28,918 bases of DNA from Candidatus Thorarchaeota archaeon. GTDB lineage: Archaea; Asgardarchaeota; Thorarchaeia; Thorarchaeales; Thorarchaeaceae. Below are positions 18,126 to 26,809 of the stretch, one piece after another (within the stretch, counting starts at the first letter, position 1; each line of letters starts with the position of its first letter). A program made the translations under genes and the position numbers. The stretch is from the NCBI GenBank assembly GCA_003345595.1, contig PRDI01000002.1, forward strand, positions 1-28,918, given 5' to 3'. The notes under the pieces were generated by a model, which did no database searches, had not been told where the DNA came from, and saw only the letters and a program-made list of their open reading frames with translations.

Positions 18126-19703
18126 CTAAACCTTGACTTCGCCCTCTTTTATCTCGATACGCTTCAGAGTCGATACTGCCTTATCACCATCTATCTTGAG
18201 AACTCCCATCTTCTCAAGCTCTCTCGCGTGTTTTGCGGCGAGACCGACTTGTGTACCAAGCGACTTAGCTAGGTCTGCAAATGTCATCGATCCTACCTCG
18301 TCCACGAGGAGCAGTACTTTCGTATTCTTTTCCATGCCGAGGACCTTGATGTATCGCTTGGTTCTCTCATCAGACAGATCTCGCTGTTCCAAGGCCATGT
18401 CTCGCTCTTTCTCCATAAGCCTGGTTGCTTTTTCGAATGCCTCTCTCTGCATCTCAACTATGCCCACTTTGTCCTTCGTGGCCTTCAGTTCCTGCTGAAT
18501 CTGATGGACCTTCTCCTCAAGGTCTTTCACTTCCGTAAGTCGGCCCTGGACTCCTTCAAGCTCCTTCAGACGGTCTCTCGATTCCTTTTCGATTGCGGCC
18601 CTGTCACCAACGGCCTTCCGCAGTTCCAATTCCAGCTCCTTTGCCCTGACAGACGAGGTTTCTGCTTCCTTGCGCTTGTCGGCTACCGCTTTCTCAAGCA
18701 ACTCGATCTTGGACTGAAGTGATCTGACCTCCGCATCGCTCTTTCTCGATACTCCTTTCGTGGACTCCTTCTCCGTCTTGTACACGGCCAGTTCGCTTTG
18801 AATCTCACCCAGCTTGACCTGCAGTTCATCCACTTGAGCACGAGCTTGTTCAGCTTCTCTAACCTTGGTTTCGATTTGGCCGTCCTTTCTCACTATCTGC
18901 TGCCTAAGGCCCACGATTTCGGAGTCGAGCTCCTCAAGCTTCCTTCCCATTTCCTCTTTCGCTGCGTCAAGCGTCTTGGTGCTATCGAATTGCGCTTGGA
19001 GTTTGCGTATCTCAGCCTCAAGCTTCGATATCTCACCATCCTTTTCTGACAGTGACTGCCGTGTCGAAGCCGCATCTTCCTCAAGGCTCTGCATGAATGA
19101 CCGGACAATGTCCTGCTGCTCGACAATCGTGCTACGTAGATCAAGTTCGGACTCTCTCACCCTTCCTGCAAACTCCTTGAAACGCTCCTGAGTTTGCTCG
19201 ACGATCTTATCGACGAGGTCCTTCTCCAAGGCGGCGAACTCATGGTCAACGATGTCAATATAGGTGGCTTCAATGAAGCCTTTGAAGAACTGCATCTTGA
19301 GCTTCTCAACCATTTCTTCAGATATACGCGTCTTGAGCTCGACGACTTTCCCTCTGAACGTCAGGAGCTGCGCAGCGAACACTCCGACAACCCCTCTCTG
19401 TAGCGATGAGATGTCGCCTCTCAGGGTTTCAAGTTTCTTCAGGAGGGCGTCGAACCCGGCCACAGCATCACGAGGCGGAAGCACCTCGGGTCTAGGTGTG
19501 ACACCATCAAGCTTTTCGACGAAGTCCAAAGCCGTCGCGGCGGCTGAGAGAAGATCCTCGCCTGACTCAACAGGCAGGACCGAATGGCCGGACTCATCCT
19601 CTCCTTCTGCCATCTTTCGCACTTCGGCGTCAGTCAGAGCCGCACCTCTCAACATGTCCTGAAGCGCAGCCTTTTCCTTATCAGTGAGCTTGTCGTCGGG
19701 CAT
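18126..19703 (-). CDS. Long coiled-coil protein with a C-terminal winged helix-turn-helix
   Basis: Roughly 300 aa of heptad-rich E/K/L/Q sequence, ending KVLLLVDEVGSMTFADLAKSLG...ARELEKMGVLKIDGD. No Walker A motif. TTTATA on the minus strand at 19751-19756. Confidence 0.8.
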   Translation of the reverse strand: MPDDKLTDKEKAALQDMLRGAALTDAEVRKMAEGEDESGHSVLPVESGEDLLSAAATALDFVEKLDGVTPRPEVLPPRDAVAGFDALLKKLETLRGDISSLQRGVVGVFAAQLLTFRGKVVELKTRISEEMVEKLKMQFFKGFIEATYIDIVDHEFAALEKDLVDKIVEQTQERFKEFAGRVRESELDLRSTIVEQQDIVRSFMQSLEEDAASTRQSLSEKDGEISKLEAEIRKLQAQFDSTKTLDAAKEEMGRKLEELDSEIVGLRQQIVRKDGQIETKVREAEQARAQVDELQVKLGEIQSELAVYKTEKESTKGVSRKSDAEVRSLQSKIELLEKAVADKRKEAETSSVRAKELELELRKAVGDRAAIEKESRDRLKELEGVQGRLTEVKDLEEKVHQIQQELKATKDKVGIVEMQREAFEKATRLMEKERDMALEQRDLSDERTKRYIKVLGMEKNTKVLLLVDEVGSMTFADLAKSLGTQVGLAAKHARELEKMGVLKIDGDKAVSTLKRIEIKEGEVKV

Positions 19704-19943
19704 GGTATTCCCTCGTGGACCGGACCACATGCTAAGTCACGCGCCGAAGGTATAAACTTATGGCGTCGCATGCCCTTGCCGTAGGAAACGTGACGCCGCT
19801 TGGGGGGTAGTCATGACTCATCCGACGGCATCACCCCTGCAGCTTGCTGGCCACAGGGACAGTTGTCCAAAAGATTATACTCTCTCGAAGCATACTGATG
19901 TGAGCTAGACCGCTTTGTGACAGGTGACGAAGGGTGAGAAGGG

Positions 19944-20489
19944 TTGGAACTCGTTGACGTTGGGTGCGTGGACGCAGAAGAAATATTGAGACGACTTAGC
20001 ATGTTTGGTGCCTTCTGGAAATCTCGCAGAGCTTTTCAAGGCATGAACCTGCTATGGAAAGCGGCGTGGAAATCGAACATCGAAACTCTTGCGGTCTTTC
20101 TATATGGAAGCAGAGTAACGAATATCATCTTCAAAGTTGAGTACGTACATGAAAGTCCGACCTGCAGGATTGAGATAACCTGCATGTTCACCGGCTGGGG
20201 AATGCAGGCGCCACGGGAACTCGCATCCATCGAGTCTCTCGCAAAGAAGCTATTGACTGAACTCTTTTCTTTTGGGCAAGATGAGCTATACCCCTTTGCT
20301 GTTGAGAGCGGCTTGGACCCGTTGCCTGCTGAGCAAGGCGTGGTCGAAATCTTCTTGTGTCCTTACTGCGGCGCGAGATACTTGAAACGGGGTCTCCAGT
20401 GCGATTCTGATGGAAGTGTCAGGTGCCAGAACTGCGGCCGCTGGGTACCACCCTTCCAACCAGGTCCTGAAGCACAGAAAGCCGAGTGA
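19944..20489 (+). CDS. Hypothetical protein with a C-terminal MJ0042-like zinc ribbon
   Basis: CPYCGARY-x10-GSVRCQNC. It aligns along its length with 3462..3935, which supports the TTG start. Confidence 0.7.
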   Translation: MELVDVGCVDAEEILRRLSMFGAFWKSRRAFQGMNLLWKAAWKSNIETLAVFLYGSRVTNIIFKVEYVHESPTCRIEITCMFTGWGMQAPRELASIESLAKKLLTELFSFGQDELYPFAVESGLDPLPAEQGVVEIFLCPYCGARYLKRGLQCDSDGSVRCQNCGRWVPPFQPGPEAQKAE

Positions 20490-20498
20490 TCGGCACAA

Positions 20499-21475
20499 TC
20501 ACGCTATGTCGATATGTTTGACTCCCTCACTGATTGTGGGGACGTCCGGGTCTAGGAATCGCTTCAAGTACGCGAGATTGGGTGTAGCTGCCCCAGACTG
20601 ATCAACAAGAAGCTGGAACTCCTCGCAAAGGTGCTGAACTTCTGCACGGGCGGCTCTTGCGTGGCCTGCTAGACCTATCTCGGACTCGATCGTAGCAAAA
20701 CGTTTCCGGAACATCCAAGCGAGCAGCCCAGCAGGAAGCAAAGTAATCTTGGATAGCTGCTTGGGCAGGAGTGGATAGCCGAGCTGGGCTATAGCGTGAA
20801 GTGATTCCTTGATGGCTCGCGCGACTACTCGCATCAGTCCAGGTGTGCGAGCGATTCGATAGTTGTCCGTCGCTGCACCATAGATACCGTCTGCCAGAGG
20901 CAGAATCGTTGCTAGGTGACACTTGAGCCAAGCATCAATGCCGGGTACGACGTCGACTTTCAGTCCAGCTCCCGTGAGCACTTGGTCAACGAGCCCCAGC
21001 TGCGGAGTTTCCTTACCTAACGCCGTTCCAAGCATGATTATGGTGGGCGTTTGGACGAGCAGCCGCATGTGATCCCCAAGTCTATAGCCTCCCATGCCCA
21101 AGAAGCTAGGAGCACCTAGTCCCCGGGAATGTGTCCTCGGTAGTCCGCGTCGCAGGTCCCATTGTTGCCAATGTAGCAGACGACCGTGTTGTCAGAGCGA
21201 CTGGCGGCAAGAGTGGGTGTCAGATCGATTGCCTGCTGTTTCTGCATAACAACGAACACCGAATCAGACTCGCTTACTGCAGCCGTATCGGAGGTGACGG
21301 GCACAGGAACACTGATGACTTCGGTCGACGGATGAATCGCGAATCGAACTCCGCGCAATTGGATGTCCCGCAGCCTATCGCCGCGAGCGAGTAGTATGAC
21401 ATCAATGCCAGCCTGGTGCATTGTCGCTGCCAGGAAGCTCCCTTGGACTCCCGCTCCACAAACGAGAACTCTCAC
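20499..21475 (-). pseudogene. Disrupted ketopantoate reductase (PanE/ApbA)-family gene
   Basis: N-half has VRVLVCGAGVQGS...LLARGDRL...YIGNN and C-half has GMGGYR...IDAWLKCH. They are separated by an in-frame TAG (21116-21118) and a 1-nt frameshift near 21105-21107. Confidence 0.8.
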
Positions 21476-21625
21476 AATTACAGTCTTCCGAAGCATGCTT
21501 AGGTCCACTGGAATCAGCAGAAGTGGTCGCTGAGGGAGCAGCGTCAGGTGCTAGCTATGCAAGACAAGTGAGCAAGATTGAATAGCCCGACCGACTGGAC
21601 CAACCTCATTGTAGGTGATTGCAGA

Positions 21626-21892
21626 ATGGACCGGAAGGAGCTGCTCATGAAGAGGGTCTATGAACTCGTGCACGAGCTGAAAATCCCGTTGATTGACGAG
21701 CACGTTTACAGCAATGCGGAATTCATTGGGTCTACTATGACATCAGTGGTGACCTTTGCCTACGATGACGATGAGTCCGTGATTCGCGGTTTCTTGGGCC
21801 TTGCGGAGTACTTCCACACGATAGTCATCAGGAAAGCCGACAGGTTCTATATCGTCACGCCAGATCTACAGTTCAAGCTTGAGGCTGGGTAG
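21626..21892 (+). CDS. Small hypothetical protein
   Basis: 88-aa ORF with an AGGTGA RBS-like site before ATG 21626 and globular composition. Confidence 0.65.
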   Translation: MDRKELLMKRVYELVHELKIPLIDEHVYSNAEFIGSTMTSVVTFAYDDDESVIRGFLGLAEYFHTIVIRKADRFYIVTPDLQFKLEAG

Positions 21893-22014
21893 CCAGTCAG
21901 TCGTCTGTCCTGTGCTTCTGATTGCGGAAAGGATATGGGAATCCATCCTCTAACGGATCAGTCGAGTCAAGAAGAGAGAAAAGCCTGGGACTGCACGATA
22001 GGTTGGGTATCACA

Positions 22015-22725
22015 GTGAGAACTCTCGAAAGCATCTTGCGAAAGAACAGATCGACGTTTGGGCAGGTAGTGCCCGTCGACTTGGCCGCCGAGAGGCTCTG
22101 TGTTTTCGATTTCTCGGCAAAGAACAAAGAGCTCTTGGCGGTGAATCTGGCTCACACCGAGGACTTCGATAGATACATCAAGAAGACGCTGAAGTCAGCC
22201 GGTGCGACGGTTGGCATAGGAGGATACAATGAGGATCGGACTATCTATCGACACAGTTCGCTGTTTGTCACACCCGAGGGAGAATCGAGGACGGTCCATC
22301 TGGGGATAGACATATTCCTCCCTGTGGGGACAAAGGTCTTCGCTCCAATCGATGGCGCTGTACACAGCTTTCAGAACAACAGGGGTATGGGTGACAATGG
22401 CCCGACTGTTGTGTTGGAGCACCACTTGGAGGGTATGGGATTCTACACCTTATACAGTCACCTCAGTGAAGAAACATTGGATGGCAAGTCTGAAGGAATG
22501 ATAATCGAGAAAGGGGAGGTCATCGGGGAGGTCGGCAACATGCGGGTGAATGGCAACTGGCCGCCCCACCTGCACTTTCAAATCATCAGGGACATGTTAG
22601 GAAAGAAGGGCGATTACTTCGGGGTTGCGAGCCTCAGCAAGAGGGAACAGTATCTTCATCTATGTCCAGACCCAAGTCTGATTCTTCGCATGCCCACCGG
22701 TCGTCCAGGAAGGCGTTCTAGATGA
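22015..22725 (+). CDS. M23-family metalloendopeptidase (peptidoglycan DD-endopeptidase fold)
   Basis: HLGID (HxxxD), GTKVFAPIDG, YSHL and PPHLHFQI (HxH). Start uncertain (TTG 21922 or GTG 22015). Confidence 0.85.
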   Translation: MRTLESILRKNRSTFGQVVPVDLAAERLCVFDFSAKNKELLAVNLAHTEDFDRYIKKTLKSAGATVGIGGYNEDRTIYRHSSLFVTPEGESRTVHLGIDIFLPVGTKVFAPIDGAVHSFQNNRGMGDNGPTVVLEHHLEGMGFYTLYSHLSEETLDGKSEGMIIEKGEVIGEVGNMRVNGNWPPHLHFQIIRDMLGKKGDYFGVASLSKREQYLHLCPDPSLILRMPTGRPGRRSR

Positions 22726-22811
22726 GGTTTCTTTTCGTTTCCCAGGTTTCCGTTAGAGATGAAGCAAACCACAATAGGCAGCATTCCACAAGGAAATGAA
22801 GGTCTTCGAGA

Positions 22812-23177
22812 ATGTCGGATTTCAAGGGAAAAATGGGAGTGAGCTCAGAGGATTGGAACAGCCTCATGAAGGGTAAGGTGGACCTCTGCATATGCAGGAA
22901 GTGCCCAACATACAGATCTGCGATCGAAGCAAGCATCGCCCACTACAAGGGGCTCGGTCCTCCTGTGGCGGTATCAGTACATGAGAAGGCGATTGGCATC
23001 TACTTCTGCTATTACGACAAGAGCCCACGCGTTCACGAGAACAAGGGTTGTATCTGCAAGGCTTGTCCGGTGACCAAGCAGGCCAGACTGGTCAACAACT
23101 TGTACTGCATGAACGGGGACGAAACTCGACAGCGGGGCATTGTCGACCCTCTTGCGGAGATACTAGGTCAGGTCTAG
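22812..23177 (+). CDS. DUF2769-like cysteine-rich protein
   Basis: CICRKCPTY...FC...KS...GCICKACPV...YC pattern. Confidence 0.75.
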   Translation: MSDFKGKMGVSSEDWNSLMKGKVDLCICRKCPTYRSAIEASIAHYKGLGPPVAVSVHEKAIGIYFCYYDKSPRVHENKGCICKACPVTKQARLVNNLYCMNGDETRQRGIVDPLAEILGQV

Positions 23178-23234
23178 CTTCGCCAACCATGTGTTCTACA
23201 AATGTGCACTTGCTGACGCGGACCATAGCTATGA

Positions 23235-25637
23235 CTAGCCGCTTTTCTTGCGCTCAATCGGATGTATCCTGTCGAGATCTCTGAACGCATATTCGACAGC
23301 CCAGATCGCCAGAGGCCGCATGTATGTAGAGGCCCGGTAGTTGCCGTCTGCTGTCCAAGCCTCAGGCGTCCTGAACCAGTAGCCCCGGTCTCTGTATGTG
23401 ATTTGGTATATTCCGTATGCCGTTTTCAGAGCTTCGTCAATCAGCCCCTCGTGAATCATCAAGGCGGCGAGGCCATAAGTTGTCCCGGCCCAGACCTCGG
23501 CCGACTGCAAGCTCGTCTTGTCGATAGAGCCATCGGGCCGCATGCCGTTCATTGCTCCTGCACTGCCGTCAGCGTAGCCAAGGACGTTGAACTTGAATAC
23601 GGTCTGAAGCGCTCTGCGTGCCTTCTCTGTGTCAACTATCCTCGGAAGTCCGCAAACGTTTGTATACCATAGTCCCACCAGCTGGTCAGCCATGATGCTG
23701 TCGCTGTGCTTTCCTCCACTTCCATCGAACCTGAAGTAATCACCCGTCCAGAGGGCCCTATCGAATGCAACCTTACCTCTCTCGGCGATGGCCCTGTACT
23801 TGTCCTCGACCTCTTTCTGTCCGAGTGCCTTGGCCATTGCCACCATTGCCTCCGCTGCAGCAAGATACAGCCCTCCACAGTATGCGCTTGGCCCTTTCAT
23901 GACCCATATGTCGTATGTCTGATCAGGGAAGCCCTCGTTCTCGGGAAGCCCATCGCCGTCCTTGTCGTACTTGTCGATGTGCTCCATCGCCCTGACCACG
24001 CCCGGCCAACAATAGCTCAGGAACACTTCGTCTCGAGTGAAGAGGTAATTCCGATACACTTGGAGAATGAGCTTAGTATTCAGGTCTTTCCACCGTCCCA
24101 CATCCTGAGCGTTGTAGGCGTTTATCGCTACCCACGGGTCTTCCATAGGCATACCGAGGTCATGGGGTACAACGCCCAGTGGCTTCCGCGGGATGCGCCC
24201 CTTTTCGAACAACAGCGCCCTTGGCCTGCTGTCTTCCTGCAGGACGGCGTCCGCAAAGTCACGATGGATGCTGTTGTCGATGTCGGGCCAGTTCATTGCC
24301 AGCGCGAAGGATGCGTAGAAGTGCACATCATATGTGTTGTAAAAGGGATAGTCAATGCACTCAAGGTATCCGAAGTGACCCGTGCCCTCTCTGACAAGAC
24401 CAATGCCGGCGTCACCTGTTTCCCAGGCTGTGCATCCATCTACCAAGTAGTATAGCTCGTTAAAGAGAGCAGACTTGAACCATCCCGGTCTGTCGGATTC
24501 TAGAGTGGGTTTCTGCCATTCGACAATTGATCTTTCCCAATCAAGGCGGCGTGAAAGCGTTTCACGCGCGATCCGTATTGCATTATCTCCACTCGTGTCA
24601 AAGAATCTCGTGTAGCGGCGATACCACTCTCTTCCCTGACCAAACCTCATAACAGGAATGTCCCAAGACAAGGAGAAAGTAATCTCCCCCTCTTCACCAG
24701 GATCCATCTCGCGTGTTGCGCAGAGTGCCGCTCCTAGTCTTCCAAGTCCCTCCGTTTCTTTTGAGGTCTGCTCCCTAAGTGTTCCATCTCTTTCGAAGTC
24801 GTGCCACACGTCACCACCATGTCCGGCAGCGTTGAACGACTCCTTAATGGAGAGTATTGTTTCTTGATCGCCTTCTACACCAAGTCCAAAAGAAACAGGG
24901 TAGACTTCGTCAGTTCTCTTATGACCGAGCTCGATGAACAATCGCTTGTCGCCGTCTCTCTCGCTTCTAGAGAAGTCCCCTTCAGCGGCCGGTCTCATGG
25001 GCGTTATGCTATTCTCCCACGTAAACATGAGTGACAGTTTAGTCTTCGAGTCCGCGACATTAGCGAACTTCCAGTCAAAGAGTCCCGCGGGGTAGGAGGA
25101 TTCCTTGTAGTTGTGTGCGATGACAGGCGACATCTGCTCGCAGGAGGCCCTGATGCCGTGGTCTGAGAAGTCGTAGGATGTCCAAGCTCTCGGAAAGAGA
25201 GCGTGGTAGGTCGCCCTCTTAGGGTCCATCGCCCAAGCCCACACACCTAGCCTATCTTGCGGCCTTGCCCTTGGGTTTAGCGTCTGGACGAATCTATCAC
25301 TGCCACTCTCAATGCGTAGGTGGAACTGGTTAGGGATTGATGGGCAATAGACATGTTCACCTATGTTGAGATGCCATCGCCCGAAATCTCCCAAGTAGCC
25401 CCTGCCTATGCTACCGGAGCCCAGCCCGCCAACGGGAACGCCCTGGTTGGCTCCATCATTGAAAGGATGGAGAGCCCTCTGACCCATCCCAGCCTGCCTC
25501 GACCAAGCCAGTATTCGCGGCAACTTCGGCAGCATAGTAAGGACTGTCTTGATGGGGGTACCCCGTGGTTTTCCTAGCCGCGTGGGTCCTCCGGATAGTG
25601 GCATAACCCAGGTCCACTCTGGAATGTCATGAGGCAT
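23235..25637 (-). CDS. GH116 beta-glucosidase, non-lysosomal glucosylceramidase (GBA2)-like
   Basis: GVPVGGLGSG, YHALFPRAW, SALFNELYY, YLE (nucleophile), YNTYDVHFY, VPHDLG, WKDLN, PDQTYD (acid/base), ADQL and FRTPEAW. Confidence 0.93.
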   Translation of the reverse strand: MPHDIPEWTWVMPLSGGPTRLGKPRGTPIKTVLTMLPKLPRILAWSRQAGMGQRALHPFNDGANQGVPVGGLGSGSIGRGYLGDFGRWHLNIGEHVYCPSIPNQFHLRIESGSDRFVQTLNPRARPQDRLGVWAWAMDPKRATYHALFPRAWTSYDFSDHGIRASCEQMSPVIAHNYKESSYPAGLFDWKFANVADSKTKLSLMFTWENSITPMRPAAEGDFSRSERDGDKRLFIELGHKRTDEVYPVSFGLGVEGDQETILSIKESFNAAGHGGDVWHDFERDGTLREQTSKETEGLGRLGAALCATREMDPGEEGEITFSLSWDIPVMRFGQGREWYRRYTRFFDTSGDNAIRIARETLSRRLDWERSIVEWQKPTLESDRPGWFKSALFNELYYLVDGCTAWETGDAGIGLVREGTGHFGYLECIDYPFYNTYDVHFYASFALAMNWPDIDNSIHRDFADAVLQEDSRPRALLFEKGRIPRKPLGVVPHDLGMPMEDPWVAINAYNAQDVGRWKDLNTKLILQVYRNYLFTRDEVFLSYCWPGVVRAMEHIDKYDKDGDGLPENEGFPDQTYDIWVMKGPSAYCGGLYLAAAEAMVAMAKALGQKEVEDKYRAIAERGKVAFDRALWTGDYFRFDGSGGKHSDSIMADQLVGLWYTNVCGLPRIVDTEKARRALQTVFKFNVLGYADGSAGAMNGMRPDGSIDKTSLQSAEVWAGTTYGLAALMIHEGLIDEALKTAYGIYQITYRDRGYWFRTPEAWTADGNYRASTYMRPLAIWAVEYAFRDLDRIHPIERKKSG

Positions 25638-25783
25638 TCTAGTCTCTCCACTCTAAGCAATTGCAGTTCCGGCTTTTCAGCCTCACGGCTTCGTTGGTTT
25701 CTCGTTGTTGAGTGCCTCGTGCGAGTCCTTATATCACCACGCTCTCTAATCTCATGTGGAATTGAGCCTGAGGGTGAATCACT

Positions 25784-26809
25784 GTGCGCGTCTGTCCAAA
25801 GTGTGGCAAAACGAACCAAGAAACGAGGAAGTATTGCATCAGGTGTGGCTCGGTTCTGACAGCGCCAGAAAAGAGAAGGGGCGCAAGCACAGAAGAAAGG
25901 ACCGGGACAGTTCCGGAAACAGGCAAGGTGACCACGGCCGCATCTGTTGCAAGGGGATCAGCTCCGCCCAGTTCTGACACTGCAAGCCCTGTCACTCATG
26001 ACGAGTGGGTCCGCCCGAGCGCGGTTTCGCGCGGGCGTATGAGAGGCACTGAACACATGGGGGGCAAGTCTGAGATGGAGAAGGCGCGCGAGGCCTTTGC
26101 GCGTGCGGAAGAGGTTGGCATAGCCGAAGAGGGTCCCGGGATCACCGAAACCAGAATGTTGAGGGCAAGTGAGGTGCGTGAGCTCCTGAGGCAATCGTCG
26201 GCCGAACAGGCGGCGCCCCCGGCCCCACCTGGACCTTCAGCCGAGACATCGACGCCAGGATCGACCCCTGCGCCTGCGCCAACACGGCCCCGGCCACAGG
26301 TAGTCGAGGAAGACATGCTTGGTAGGAAGTCAGTGTTTGTTGGAGCTCCTGAGGGAGCCACTGCAAGCGTAAGACCGCCAGCGGTGGTCGGCAGTTCGGA
26401 TTTCAGATCATCGCGATACGAGCAGGAAACGGAAGAGCCGAGCGAAGCCCCACAGGCCCCTCAGATACAAGAGGGCGGCGAGCTCGAGTTCGAGTCTTTG
26501 CAGGGATCTAGCGAGCCTGTACCAGAGGCCGCGCCGAAAGCTCCTGCAGTCACTGATATCGACCACGTAACTACTTGTCCCAAGTGCGGTTCAGTCATCA
26601 ACATAGACATGTATGAGTACCCGCGAGAGGTATACAGCGCTATGGGCTCGGCCCGACTTGGTCAAGCCCGCTTTCTGGTCGTTCAGGGGAAGTACCAGCA
26701 GGGCAGAGAGATTCTCCGAGCCGCAAGAGCCCTTTTCATGAAAGCAAGTGACACTAATGGTATTGCTCAGGTTGACAGGCTCATGGATTCACTGGCAAGA
26801 GAGCCCTAG
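25784..26809 (+). CDS. Zinc-ribbon protein with a long P/A/E/S-rich linker and C-terminal helical hairpin
   Basis: N-terminal CPKCG-x8-CIRCG, a low-complexity middle, and a lone CPKCG followed by TPR-like helices. Its stop overlaps that of the convergent gene at CTAG 26806-26809. Confidence 0.75.
   Translation: MRVCPKCGKTNQETRKYCIRCGSVLTAPEKRRGASTEERTGTVPETGKVTTAASVARGSAPPSSDTASPVTHDEWVRPSAVSRGRMRGTEHMGGKSEMEKAREAFARAEEVGIAEEGPGITETRMLRASEVRELLRQSSAEQAAPPAPPGPSAETSTPGSTPAPAPTRPRPQVVEEDMLGRKSVFVGAPEGATASVRPPAVVGSSDFRSSRYEQETEEPSEAPQAPQIQEGGELEFESLQGSSEPVPEAAPKAPAVTDIDHVTTCPKCGSVINIDMYEYPREVYSAMGSARLGQARFLVVQGKYQQGREILRAARALFMKASDTNGIAQVDRLMDSLAREP

Noticed and set aside
18126-19703. SMC/Rad50-family call for the long coiled-coil protein
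   Set aside because: No Walker A/B, signature motif, hinge or CxxC hook.
23706-24455. 249-aa plus-strand ORF and the many other overlapping ORFs in the track
   Set aside because: They lie antisense or out of frame within well-supported genes, show no motifs, and are expected at this GC content.
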